Source: Vicugna vicugna
Taxonomy: Eukaryota
Assembly: GCA_013265495.1 (NCBI GenBank)
Contig: MU057719.1
Coordinates: 210-64,000 of the forward strand
Length of the DNA: 63,791 bases
Direction: 5' to 3'
Both the position numbers and the translations under genes were made by a program. The notes beneath the pieces are model-generated. The model made no database searches, was not told where the DNA came from, and worked only from the letters and a program-made list of their open reading frames with translations. Within the stretch, counting starts at the first letter, position 1. Each line of letters begins with the position of its first letter. Below are positions 37,690 through 50,422 of the stretch, piece by piece.

Positions 37690-37925
37690 TATGCTTTCCT
37701 AATTTTATAAAAGCAGGCACAAAAAAAGTACTGGAAAATAAATACATCAAAATGTTCAATTGGTAATTTATTTGGCTGCACTTAACAGAAACCTTCACAG
37801 CACCATGAGCAGCAGCACTGTGGTTTAAAAAGTAAGGGATTTTGATGAACTTTTATTTCCTTCTTTACACTTTTTAGTAGCTTTTAACAATTTTATGGCG
37901 GACGTATGTTGCTTTTATAACAAAT
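37690..37925 (+). mobile_element. L1ME-type 3' tail fragment
   Basis: TACTGGAAAATAAATACATCAAAATGTT...TTTTATTTCCTTCTTTACACTTTT...GCTTTTATAA pattern. Confidence 0.55.
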
Positions 37926-39689
37926 TAATGGCATAATGAATGCCCATTAATGTCCAGCAGGAAATGGCATTACATAGCTAAACAACTGCCCTTTCCCAGG
38001 CCTTCCTAAAAACGCAGGAGTCACAGATCCTCTGGCCTTTGCCTGGGTAACGGGGTACTTTTAACTGGTCTTTGTAAGACAAAACACCATTTGCACTTCT
38101 CAGGAATGTCTCCATTGGGCAGAGTCTGACATCTGAGGTGGGACCCCCACACCAGGCGTTGTCATGGGGCCCCCTCAGTCAGGCCCCTGCCCTTTGGACC
38201 GACAGGTGGACAGAGGCAACAGCATCTGCTGGCCCCTCGTTTTCCTGCCCTGCCGTCAGCTGGGATTCGCCTTGAAATTCTCTTTCAAAAAAGACAGCTT
38301 TAGAGGCAGATGATGGTTTTAACACCTATTAAATGTCACAAAGCAAACAATGTGGCCGACAAAGTTAAAGGATTATTTCCTGGTACTTAAATAAAGCCAC
38401 TGTCTGGACCGTCAAGGCCTTCAGACACTCACCCAAAGGTGCCGATCCTCATTCAGCCCCTAAGGATGCTGCGGGCAGAGCACAGGTGCAGAAGGGTGCT
38501 GGTGTCCCGGTGGTTCTACAGATTCGACTCTGAAATCACGTTATTCAATTACGGGATTCCAGTCAAAGAACACTGCACCAGTCACTCCCACATGGCACGG
38601 TGCGTCCCCCAGGATCGGAAGGCATCTTTCAATCACTATGAGCTATGAAAGTTTTCAAGACTCTAAATAGGACTCAAAACAGGTGCATGGACATCACATG
38701 AACACAGAAGCGTGTGATGACTCTATCCAAGTCCTGCTCCCCCCCGCCCAGAAGGTACCACTTCAGGCAGCCAGACTCAGAGCCAGCGTCCACAGCCATC
38801 ACCGACAAGTCTGCATCTCTAGTCGCGGCTGGATTTTCTGGCTTAATGAAGTCAAGCTTCAGGGCCCCCCGCCCCGGGTGGACAGCTGCGGGCTCTCCAG
38901 GTAGGCTCACACCCTCAGCCCTCCTGGACGTAGGTGAAGGACAAATGTGCATAGACCCCCGTGAGCCCACGTCCACCACTGGAAGATTCACGGACAAGAA
39001 TCCCGCGTCCACCCCTGCAGCTGAGCAGACTGCTGCCCGAAAGTGAGAGCACGCTTCCCTCTCCCCTGCCCGGCCGGGCCCAGCACTCATCTCCGTGGTC
39101 CTCCCCGCCGCGAGCCCCGCCCAGCCCGCTCCTCCCCGCTCCTCCAGTGCGGACACCAGCACACACATCCAATGTGACTGCCTCGGTGGGAATGAGACCC
39201 AATCATCAGCAGGACCCTGACAGCGCTGTCCACTCAACCAGCCACGGCAGCGGCTCGGCAAACGCACAGACGGCCCGGGAGACGGTGGGGGGGGGGAACA
39301 ATTAGCATCTGTTGACTGTGAGGTTCGAGAAGATGCCCTCATGGTTCTGACTGACTGAAAGCAGCGTCTAAAGCTTGGAAGGCATGTGCGCTGAAACTCT
39401 TAGTAATAATCCAACACCTGTCAGCAACTCCGTGGGGTAGGAGGTGCCACTCCGCTCTCCAGACGAGGAAACGTCGGCGACCCTAAATGCCCAGGTGACC
39501 TGGGATGGGTCACAGGCCCAGCGATGGCCATGTCAGTTCCCAGGTATCGCTGCCTCCCAGAAGCAGAAGAGGGGGGTGACCGGCCTACGGCAGGGTGGGT
39601 GTCCCGGTGCTATCCGTGGGTCCACCCGGGTTTAGCTCCCGAGGATAAGGCTGCCAGGGCGCAGCAGCCGGGCAGGAGCTGCCAGTGGT

Positions 39690-40020
39690 TAGCGGGAATG
39701 CAATTCTGCAGTAAACGGGCTTGAAGTCCTTCCTGCTCTGACGCAGTGACTCAACGTCTAGGAACCCACCCTGAGGAAACAGTCACAGAGGCACAAAGGA
39801 TTCACCAAAAGATGTTCATCCAGGTGTTATTTATAATCCGAGCAGCCGGCAACAGCCCCGGCCCAACGCGAGAGGGGCTGCAAAGCGAGCCCAGAACAAG
39901 CCCCCAGCGGGACGCCGGCAGCCCCAGTCTGCCGGCAGAGGGCCTGCTGCGAGCGGCGCGGGAAGTGTCCGCGCGTCCGGACGCACAGCACTGTTTCCAC
40001 ACGTGCGCTCAGCCACAAAG
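39690..40020 (+). mobile_element. Old L1 3' fragment
   Basis: CTAGGAACCCACCCTGAGGAAAC...AAGATGTTCATCCAGGTGTTATTTATAAT resembles the L1 3' region. Confidence 0.6.
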
Positions 40021-40034
40021 GGGGGGGTGGGGGG

Positions 40035-40292
40035 CAAGTCTGTGTCCCCCCAAAGTCCCTACGGCGAAATCCTGAGCCCCAACAATGACAGTTCTAGAGA
40101 ATTCTCCCGCCCCTTCCATCGTGTGAGAACACAGCAAGGAACGCCAGCTATGGACCAGAAAGGGGGCCTCCCCCACCCAGGCTGGTGGCTTGACCTTGGA
40201 CGTCCCACCCACCAGAACGACAAGAAATAAATTTCTGTTGTTCTTAGGCCAATCTGGGGTGTTTTATTGCAGCAGCCCAAGCAGACCAGACA
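40035..40292 (+). mobile_element. MaLR LTR (MLT1A-C type), internally deleted
   Basis: TGTGTCCCCCCAAAG...GTGAGAACACAGCAAG...GACCTTGGAC...CCAGAAC...AGAAATAAATTTCTGTTGTT...GCAGCCCAAGCAGACCAGACA. Confidence 0.8.
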
Positions 40293-40879
40293 GAAAGGAA
40301 AGAAAAGGGCATTTTCATATTTCCCAAATTTGCTGTAATGAGTATGCTTTATTTTCACAGTCAAGGAAAGTCAGTAAAAACACTTGGAGCGTTAGTCTAA
40401 TCTCTGAGTCTAGGACCAAATATCTTGAAACGTGGACTCTCCGCCTCCCAGTTCCCAAGGTGGACTTTATCTTATCTTTGACTGCCAAATGGAGGCCTTC
40501 TCTTCCCCACCTGTCCATGCCCTCCTCTGCTGAGAGCCCCAGTTTACCTCCCACAGCTGCTCCAGAGCCATGGGCTTCCCATCTCTCCTGAACTCTTAAA
40601 AAGCTGTCAGCACCCCACTGTTACCCTGACGGCACTGCCCACTGCTGCTGCAGTGGGATTTATCCTGCCTCTCAACTCAAGCCAATAAACCTGAGGAGGA
40701 GCTAGCTGTGCCCGGTGCCATGCTAAGCACGGCAGATTCCGAAGTGAGTTAGTGGTTCCCTGCCCTCGGGAGCTCTAGTGTAGAGAGTGGAAGTCTCGGA
40801 TGGTATGGTCCTATACAATCTGATGCAAAAATGGAATGTGGTTTCGTGGAGGGGGCACCCCAGAGCTCTGATGAAAGAA

Positions 40880-41170
40880 TAGATGGATCAGTGGGTGGGT
40901 GGGTGGATGGATTTATGATCTGGATCAATGGGTGGATTTAAGGTGTGGGTCAGTGGGTGTATGAATGGATGGATGGATGGATGGACGGTTGGATAGATGA
41001 ATGGATGGTTGGTTGGATAGACAGATGGCTGGCTGGCTGGCTGGCTGGATGGATGGATGGATGGATGTTTGGATGGATGGTTGGTTGGATAGATGAATGG
41101 ACGGTCGGTTGGATGTGTGGACGTTTGGTTGGATGGACAGATGTCCGGATGGATGGATGAATGAATGGAG
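40880..41170. repeat. (TGGA)n-type simple repeat
   Basis: Degenerate GGAT/GGTT/GGCT tandem tract. Confidence 0.9.
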
Positions 41171-41569
41171 GGTTAAGACAGACAGTGCCTATAGGGCTCT
41201 GCCCTCCATCTGCTGTGTGACTCTAGGGCCCTCCCTATCCCCACCTATAGACTGGGTGGATGGGGGTTGTTGATTTCAGTTCTGAAAACCTGCAAGTGTG
41301 TGTTCCTATTTTCAAATGATCACTGAATGTTACGTGCTCAATCCATCCAGTCTGCCCCTTCCTGAGTAGGTTTTATTTCTTTTCTTTTCTTTTCTTTTTT
41401 TGGACCACAAACCTTTTTAATTGACCGAATCATTCCAGCCAAAAGCATCTGCCCACCTGCAGGAGAGGCACACAGCACCCAGGGCCACCAACCCAACCAG
41501 CCCACCTGTTTTAACAACACACTCACCCAACTCAAAAGGTGCTGGAGAGAAGCGCACCCCCACGTACTC

Positions 41570-42695
41570 AGATGCCCCTCTAAAAAAAACCACGAGTCCC
41601 AATTTTAGTGTGTCCTTCCTTGCCATCTGCAAATATGCAGGCCTGGATTTCGGTGTCTGTTTGACAGAGGTGGATTCATCCTGAGCGGCACATTCTTCGC
41701 GTGGCCTTCCTTTACTTGTGCGTCTTGGAGACTGATCCATTTCAGGAAGCGTGAAGGCATTTAAACCCCACTCTCGTAGCTGCTGCTCCGTGTTCTCTTC
41801 CAGAACCGCTCAGTCACTTGTCTGAACAGCTCCCAGATGTGCACCTGGATATATCAGCCCTCTGCCCTTGCAGGAGGGCTCCATGGCTGCTCTAAGCACC
41901 GGTGTCTGCACACTCGTGTGCGCGTATCGACAGGAGGCACCCCCAGCTGTGGAGTCGCCGGTCAGAGTACGTGCATTTTAAGATTCCGACAGACACTGCA
42001 AAAGCCTTTTGTAGACGCACAGCCCAGGAGGACACCCACCACCCCCTGCTAGAGCCAGCAGTGCACGTTCCCCGTGGTTGCTCTTGGCCCGCGGGGCCGG
42101 AGGAGAAGCGGGTCTCCCTGGGCTTCACCGGCGCTCCCTTCCTGTAAGCGCGGCGAGTAAGGCCAAGCGCAGCCCCACACGTCCAACAGCCCCTGGGCCC
42201 TTCTGAGAACCACTGGTGTCTTCTGTCCACTTTTCTTTTTTTTTTCGCTTTGGGTCCTGGCTGTTTCTTACTGATTTGCAGGAGTCTTTGAATATAACAG
42301 CGTGACACCCCCTTTTCTGCGAGACACGTATTTTCTTACTCTTTTCTTATGGTGATGGGTTGTTTGGGGGGTTGTTCTGGCCAGAGAGAAAAGTCTTGAT
42401 CTTACAGAGTTAGTTTGTTTTTCTTTTATAACTTCTCCGGCTTATGTCATACTGAGAAAGACCTTCTCATCCCGAGATCACAAAGCCCAGTCTGCCATAT
42501 TTTCTTCTAGTGGTTTGATGGTTTTGTTTTTAACGTTCACAATCACTGATCCATCTGGAATACGTTTTGGTGCAAGGGTGAGGCAGCATCCAAGTTCTTT
42601 TTCCCAGATGGCTTCTTCATGATCCCAGCCCATTTCAATGACTAATCCTTTCTTTTCCAGCCAATGTGAAAGGTCACCTTTATCAAACTCTAAGT
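41570..42695 (-). mobile_element. Old L1 fragment (ORF2 C-terminal region and 3' end)
   Basis: The minus ORF 42478-42741 (FSHLEFDKG...NVKNKTIKPLEENM) resembles L1 ORF2 YSHLIFDKG...NVRPETIKLLEEN. Confidence 0.8.
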
Positions 42696-43244
42696 GACTG
42701 AAAGGCCAGAGTGATGGCTTTGCACCCTCTTCATGTCCCACATGGAAGGGAGGTTCTGCTGCTCACCCATCCCCCTAGGACACTCTCCTCCCCCAGGACG
42801 GTATGTGTGAGCCCCCACAGTGGAAGCAGGTCAGGTGAAGCCCGAATCGGTGTGCTTCATGAAAGCACAGCCACCTACAATATCAAAAAGTGGGAAATGC
42901 CCCCACGCCCAGCAATGGGAGGCTCTTGAAGTAAATTAGGCTGTTTGCCAGCTGTCACAGGTGGGGACAGAGTGCCTTCCGTACCACGCAAACTGAGGAC
43001 GCCCCAGCTGGGCTCCGAGGCCTCCCTCTGCAGGGAGGGGGTGCCGGTGTGGGCAGGGCCCCTGGCCCAGCGTGCCCCCGGGAGCTTCCAGGTCAGACGC
43101 CGGGAGGTCTCTTCCCTCCTTGTTCTCTGTGCGCAGAGCCAGCGGAGTTGGAGTCTGGGCGTTATGGGTGATCCTTATTTTCTTCTTTCTATTTTATCTG
43201 ATTTTCCAAAATGCCTCTAATGAACATGTAAGTTTTTCGCTAAA

Positions 43245-43290
43245 ATATATGTATGTACATGTATGTATATATACATATATACATATAGAG
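43245..43290. repeat. (TA/TACA)n low-complexity tract
   Basis: ATATATGTATGTACATGTATGTATATATACATATATACATATAG. Confidence 0.8.
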
Positions 43291-46200
43291 AGTTAAAGGC
43301 GAAAAGGCGGAGGAAGACACTGAAGGAGAGGGACACAGAGCTGGACAGTCAGGGCCCAGCCTGGCCCCGGCCCCGCCCATGCCGTCAGCGTGGGTCTGAC
43401 TGACCTCTGACCTCCAGTGTCCGGCACTCAGAGGACGCGACTCTTCCTTCCTCGGGGACTGTCATGTAAACGGAGCAGCACAAGGGAAGTGAGGCTAGCT
43501 GAGCCTGGGAACAGCCAGGGGTCATGGCTCACTGACCCCAGGATGGGGAGCCCTGGTTTCCAAGGCCAGGGGCTCAGCCCGTGTTGGGCAAGGGCGCCCC
43601 CTCCCACCGGGCCCAGGGTGTGAGGCTTCCCAGCACGGCCACATCCAATGGCCCCGGCACAGCAGTGTGCATACAGCAGGTGCTCATTAGTTGCTGAATT
43701 GCATTTGGGGATGACGATCTCTTCAACCACCCCCTTGGCAAAGCCACACACGCTGCCTTCAGCCCTGCAGGCGCCCACAAAAACGTTAGGGGGGTGTAAT
43801 TCAGAGGCAGCGTCTCGCGTGCGTTTCCCACCAAGCGCCTAACCCAGCAGGCAGGGCACGCAGAGGTGCGCACGGGCACAAACAAGGCTCAGTTCACGAG
43901 GCAGCGAGCTCCTCCGTCGCCAACAGTTCCAGAGTTTCGAGTCACAGATGTGGTCACAGAATCTGTGGCCCAGGGAAGACGTGATTAACAACAGACCCCG
44001 GGCATCGCCTCCGCAGCCCGGGTGCTCCACACACGTTAGCTCCTGCCACCCAGGCTGCCGGGTGCCCACATCTCCCTGTCCCTCTGAGGAGGGAGAGCTG
44101 AGGCCGGGAACAGGGCTGGGGGGAGCTGAGGTCCCACGGGCAGCGAGGACACAAGGGGGAGACCGAGCCGGGGAGTTCTCCAGCCGGGCCGCCCTGCTGC
44201 TTGGCGGCCCCTCTGCCCGCCGCCCAGGAATAGGAACGGCCCATCAGGGAGCCTGGAAAGGCCCAGACAGAAAACGCTGTGTGCCCGGCCAGCACCAGGC
44301 CGCATCTGTCCTGCTGGCACCAGCATGACAGTACCAGCCCGGGGCCTCCCAGGACGCTAGGAAGTCAGCGTGGAAGGCGGGATCTGGGCAGTAGGATGAG
44401 GGGAGCAGCGGGTCGTCAGAGAAAAGTGCACTAAAAGTGCAGCTGACACACCCCAGAGATGGGAGGCTGCTCAGCACAGCAGGATGTCGGGGCCCCTGGG
44501 GGGGCAGAGATTCACGGCTGCAGCCACTACTGCAGAAATCAGACCGGACAGCACCGTAGCAAGTGACAGGGAGAAGGCCAGGCTACCCCTCTTCAGAGCA
44601 TTTCTCTTTCTCTTTCTTTTTTTTTTTTTTTCTGCCGAGATATCAAGCAGACACGCCTTCCCAGATACTGCGGGAGCCCAGTGCTTTTTGTCCAGGCTTA
44701 AGTTCAGCACAGGAAGGCAGACCGTGGAAACCAAGAGGCAGACGCGACAGAACAGCCGGCCCGGGGAGGGCAGCTCTGAGCACGTGGTGCTCACGACGCC
44801 GGCGTCCGCGCTCCCGGTGGAGAAGCAGGAGACGGCGTCCCAGGGCAGCGTGAGTGATGCTGTCACCCCCCGGGAAGTCCTGGAGAACAGAAGCCATTCG
44901 AGGTGAGGGCTCAGAAGTGAAGAAGAACAGGCCGAGACCGGCAGTATGTAAAGAATTCCAAAACATGGCTGCAAGAGTTTCTGGAAGTTATTTACAGGGT
45001 AAGACGTTGATCCTGGAATGAAAGGAGCCTGGCGTGAAAGGGCCTGCGAAGAGTCATCTGGAGCGATCACAGATAAGGAGCAGGGTGACAGCTGGGCAAA
45101 CTACCCAGAGGGCGGGGCGGGTGGGGTTCTCGGAGGGGGCAGCCGCGGTGCCGCACAGAGCCGCGCTCAAATCAAAGCCTCTTCCCTGTCTGCTGAGTCA
45201 CTGGGACAAATCCTCACGCGACTGACCTCAGGGGCGTGTTGGGTAAAGTAAAGAACCGTGGGTGTCAGGCACGCAACATGCAGGAGGCGGCCAGCGCCGC
45301 GGCCAGCGCATCAGTGCCCGTGTGACCGGAGACCCCAGGACGGGGCTCAAACCCGCCTAGGTGCACCTGACACGCACCGCGCACCCTGCCGCAAACAGGC
45401 CATCTGCTTGGGCGTCCGCGAAGGGTCGGGGTGGCCCAGACTGCCCGCGAAGCCTGGAGGTTGACGTCGGCGTGCGACCACCCAGCAGACTCCACCCGGC
45501 GAACGCCGAGGGGCTCGCCCCCCCCCCCCCCATGACCGCGCTCCAGAGCGACCCTGGCAGGCCCCTGCCCCCTCTCCCCTCTGGCCTCTCCAGGGGCACC
45601 AGGGCCAGGACACCTGCCTCTGCCAGAGGGCGAGGTCCTCCCATGCCCCCCGGAGCAGCCCGGCCCCCGCACGCCCGCCCACTCTGCTTGGGAGAGCCGC
45701 TCACACCGCGTGGGCCGACGCCCTCCGGGTTTACCGAGCACGCTCAGCTCCATCCCTGGCTCTCTGTTGAGCCCCCGCCCTACCGGCAGCCGGCACCGCG
45801 GGAAGCGGCAGATCCAGAGAGACGCTGCCCGCCTGGAGGTCTGAACTGTGCCTCTTCAGCCCCCACCCAAACCTGCAAGGAAGACATCCTCGGCTCCGTC
45901 CTGCACGCGAAGAGGCTGAGGCACGGGACAAAGGACGCTCTGGAGGTCACGGCACCGGAGCGTGGCAGCCCCGCCCCCGCCACGCCGGGTGTCGGTCCCG
46001 CAGAGCTGGGCTGCAGTACCGCCCCGGGCCCCTAGGTGGGGCGCACCACACTTGGCCTGAAACATGACGTCCGAACAGTGAGCCAGGGTCTTGCCTCCCC
46101 GTTGTTTCCCGTGACCTCGGCCAACTGACGTGACCTACACCTAGAAATGTCCGGGACCACCTCTGCAGGCTGAGCCCTATTCCCTGCAACTCCCCAACTT

Positions 46201-47126
46201 TTCCCAGCAGAACCTGCCCGGCCCGGTCAGTGGGAGAGGTGGGCCTCCCAGGAGCAGAACTTGAGGATGCTGACAGTCCTCGAAGACTCAGGAGCCACCC
46301 CACGGGAAAACCGAGAACAGGCCTCTCGCGCCCGGTCCCCGGCAGGCCGCCGACTCGCCGGCGTCGGGCTCCGGACAAGGGCGCGCTCAGGAATCAGGCC
46401 GCTGGGCAGGCTCCCCTCAGGGCGGTTGATTGTCTCCTTTGGAAACGCTGATGGTTTAAAGCCGTGGATGCTGTCCTGGTCCAGCTGCCCTGACCCGGAA
46501 GAGGTGATGGCTGAGCCACACCAGCCTCACCCGGGAACATCTGCTCAACTGCTCGACCCCGACCTTGCCCTCCGAGGGGGAGTGGTCTGAGTGTTCCCCA
46601 CCTGCACCTCTTGCAACATTTGGTTTGCTGGCACAGGGTCCCAGGGGTCTCTCTCTTCGTGTGTGAACTGACATTAAACAGGCAGGGCTTACCTGGCTAG
46701 CATCCTCCCCATCACTCTTTCCTTCCCCCTAAAATGGAAAAACTGACTCAGAACAAGGGCCCCCCTCCGCCGACCCCGTATACAAACATGCCACTGGCAG
46801 CTGAACGCAGGGCTCAAGACCTAATCCTGTAGGTCTCATCTGAGCAGCATGAGCAGGACACTGAGGGCCCAGGACTCAGGGTGGCTTTGCAAAGTGGGGG
46901 CTGAATGCAGCGCTGCATCCCCCTGAACCCAGGCCTGGCACCCACCCCCAGCCTGGACCCCAGGGGACAAGTGTGGGCGGCCACCAGGTTTCACCACCCT
47001 CCTCACTAAGAGACAAAAGAGGCCAGGCCTCTGAGGGGGCCAAAGCTCACTGTGACGTCTGCTATCCAAAGGCCCAGTTCCCAGGAGGCTGGATGATACC
47101 CAATTTTGACAACTCAAATGCTATTA

Positions 47127-47236
47127 TTTTTAAGTGGGAGGAGGTAATTCGGTTTATTTATTTATCCATGGGGGTTGAACCCAGGACCTCATGCATGCTA
47201 AGCAGGCACTCTAGCACTGAGCTACACTCTCCCCCC
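47127..47236 (-). mobile_element. tRNA-derived SINE (camelid type)
   Basis: Reverse complement reads GGGGGGAGAGTGTAGCTCAGTGCTAGAGTGCCTGCTTAGCATGCATGAGGTCCTGGGTTCAACCCCC...TAAATAAATAAACCGAATTACCTCC. Confidence 0.88.
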
Positions 47237-47259
47237 GCCTTCAAATGCCATTTTAAAGG

Positions 47260-47390
47260 CTCTAACTCTGCCACTTGCCAGCTGTGGGGCTTCCGTGAGC
47301 CTCAGTTTTCTTGCCTGCAAAATGGGGATGCCTCAGACGCTGGAAAGATGCCATCAGGGATAAAACAATGTGAAAAGGCACTCAGGATAA
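47260..47390 (+). mobile_element. MIR fragment adjoining a SINE
   Basis: CTCTGCCACTTGCCAGCTGTG...GCCTCAGTTTTCTTGCCTGCAAAATGGGGATG. Confidence 0.75.
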
Positions 47391-50248
47391 AGTTAAAGAA
47401 AGGAAAACATCCCAGAGAATCCGACTCTTCGCCTTCGGAGAAAATTCTCAGGCAGACACTCCTCTCTCCTGTGTCACGCACTCCTTCTACTCAGTTCTCT
47501 GGGTTAAGGCGAGGCCTCCGAGGGGCCAGGACCCCAGGGCTGACTCGGACCAGCAGCCCCTGGACCCCCCAGGTCCAAAGGCTGATGACGATCCTTTAGG
47601 CTCATCTCCATGCGCTCGCAGAGTGATGGATGCACCCGAGGGCCTGCAGGACGGCCAAGCCAACTGGCCCGCCCGGCAGCTCCCAGCTCTCCAGGGTGCA
47701 GAAGCCCCCCACGCCACCCTGGGCCTTCCCGCCCTCGACAACAGTCCTCCCCAGTGTCTGCGAATCCTGCTCGCGGGCCAAGCAGCTGTTTGTAATCGGA
47801 CAGGCCCCGGCCAGGAAGGGGAGGTGGGAGCCCGTCCCCGCTGCGGGGCCCAGGGCGCCGCAGGGTGTGTGAGGACGGGCGGCCCCCCGCACCTCCTCTG
47901 CCCCACCGCGGCCCTGGCAGCGCTGAAGCCATGGGGAGGGCATGAACAGGAAAAATGGAGTGAACATCTCCACTTAAGAGCAGCTTTCAATTTAGTTCTT
48001 CGAGCACGGAAGCTTGAAGCCCCCAAGCCCACGTTTGGTGGCACAAGAGCTAAACCCACGGCCCTGGAGGCTGGGCTGCAGTGCTTTCCATCTGGGCACC
48101 GCCACCTGCACAGGGGAAGCTCCCCAACAGGGTGCTCGGCAGACAGGGGGCGCCAGCTCTGCCCTGGACAGGAGGGACCCTGAGACAGATCTGAACGCCC
48201 CTCCGGCCGCGGGTCTCAGAACAGGTCTGCGCGGCTCAAACACAGCCCCAACGGCGGCTTCCAACCGCAGGGCACCGGACTCCGGTCCCTCGCTTCTCAG
48301 GGGCCTGTGCCCCTGGGGACCTCGAAGTCCTCCAGGTCTGAATTTATTTGTCCGCAAAACGACCCCAAGGCCAGAGGCCCGCCCCCTGGCTCAGTGAGGC
48401 CTCCCGGTAAGACGCTCGACTTGCCTTCAGGGCTCCCTTGCTGCGCCCCCTCACAGCCCACCTGGCAGGACACCGGACCTGCCACCAGCCCCCTACGCTC
48501 CCAGGTAGCCCCAGGCCAGGGTCCTGGAACTGGAGGACTCCACCCTCAGCAAAATGCCAGCAAAGCTGCTGTCTGGGGCCAGCCCTCCAGCAGGGACATT
48601 CCTGGGGGCTCCAGCTGAAGTGACCCTGAGCAGAAAGCTCCCTCTGGTCCCCACCCACAGCCTCCAGGCTGAGCCAGGCCTGGACCCACGTTGTCCCCTC
48701 TGCTGCTTGGCCCGGCCTACTCTCGGTGGCGGCCTGAGACCCCGGGGACTAGGAGCTGCCCAGCTCTGAGCCCGGGAGGAGGGACTCATCACTGCGGTCA
48801 AGTCACTCAGGGGCAGCTCACACAGTGAATCCAGGCCCCTCCCAACAGCAGACAGCGGGGTGTCCCGCCTCAGGAGTGTCCCCTTCCGTGGCTGTAACTG
48901 GCAGAAGAGTCCAGAGTCTGCACCAGGAGCCCAGCCCGGGTCTTCCTCAGGTCTGTACAGGACCGAGGGTGGTCTCTGAGTTCTCTCCTGAGGCCCCTCG
49001 ATGAGCCACGGCGCCTGAACACTGACCTCGTGCCTGAAACTCACAGCAGCATGAAGCCAAGACCCAGCGCGAGTGCTCTGAGGGCCCTGAGCAACCTACG
49101 TGCTGAATGCCTGCGTTCCCCGCAGCGGCCGGTGAGACAGGTGCAGTTTGTGCCCCTTTCACAGATGGAGGACTGCGGCATGGTCACTTCTAGGTGTCTT
49201 AGCACCTGTACTGAGCCCAGGCACATTGGGACGGGGAGGAAGCAAGGTCCCTGCCCTCCCAGCTCACAGAGGGGCTGAGAGCCTGGGGGTCAGTGGCGCC
49301 AACTCCTTCCCTCCCCACTCAGTGTACTGGACTGGCTGAGCCCCTCTGTGTCCCTTAGGTGGGGATGCCCTCCCGCACTGATGGCGCCACAAAGACAGAA
49401 GTGCACGTGCTTAACACGCTGTGAACGCAGATGAGAGTTGTGTGGGACGTGCCGTCAGGGACCAACTTCACGGTGACTGGGTGGACAAGGGCGGGTGGGG
49501 GCTGGACCACAGGAAAGGGCTGGCCAAGGGCCGATCCTTGTCAAACCTGCGTGGATCGTGGGGATCTGCTGTGCTGTGTTTGAAATGTGCCCTGACGACG
49601 ACAACAACACAACAACAACAACGCTCTGGAGCTGAGCGCGAGTCCTCCCCTCCTCTCGAGGGTCACCTTCCCCGCCCCGCAGTCTTCTGATCTCTGTTCT
49701 GCGCTACTGCAGAACAGCAGTCCTTCCTTAGGGGAAGGGCGAGCCCGCCCTCCAGGCAAGAAGGCAGGTGAAGCACCACTGCCCCTCCAGAGGTGGGGCG
49801 CTGTGAAGACAGCGGGGAGGACACCGGGGTCAGGGAGCACCTACCTCTCCCTCGCTTCCCTCCTGGCACTTCTCCCCCTTAGGTGTCCCTACCCCATCAT
49901 TTATGCTGATACCTGCACTCCACCTGTTTCAGGTGAGAGAAGAGGTCCTGCAAGATCGCTGGCCTCCCTCCCACACCCCTCCACTCAGCCAGCTGGCGCC
50001 AGCTCCTCCCCCCCCGGAGACCCTGGCATCACCGGGCCAAGCCGCCCCACCGCCCTGCCCAGGTGTGAGCCCTGCACCACCACCTCAGGCCCTCCAGAGC
50101 GGAGCGCTGGCGCCACCACACTGAGGGCCCCGGAATCTCCATAGGATCCCAGAGTTCACTGAAACGGAGCCATGGCCCCAAACAGCCATCATTTAAAGTA
50201 TGAACCTAAATAACATAAGCAAATTTTCCCTTGAAAAGAATTACACTT

Positions 50249-50422
50249 GTGGGGGAGGGTGTAGCTCAAGTGGCAGAGCACAGGCCCGGCGTGCACAGGG
50301 ACCTGGGCCCAGGTTCCAGCCCCAGCACCTCCTCTAAAAATAAATAAATCAGCCTAATTATCTCCCTCCCCCCCCCAAATTTTTTAAATGAAATTTTAAA
50401 AAATTATTACAATTTAAAAAAA
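50249..50422 (+). mobile_element. tRNA-derived SINE (camelid type) with target-site duplication
   Basis: Head GGGGGAGGGTGTAGCTCAAGTGGCAGAGC, AAATAAATAAAT/CTAATTA tail; flanked by AATTACACTT at 50239-50248 and 50423-50432. Confidence 0.9.

Noticed and set aside
40945-41160. MDGW-repeat peptides (also 31303-31780 and 26590-27153)
   Set aside because: Translations of (TGGA)n microsatellites.
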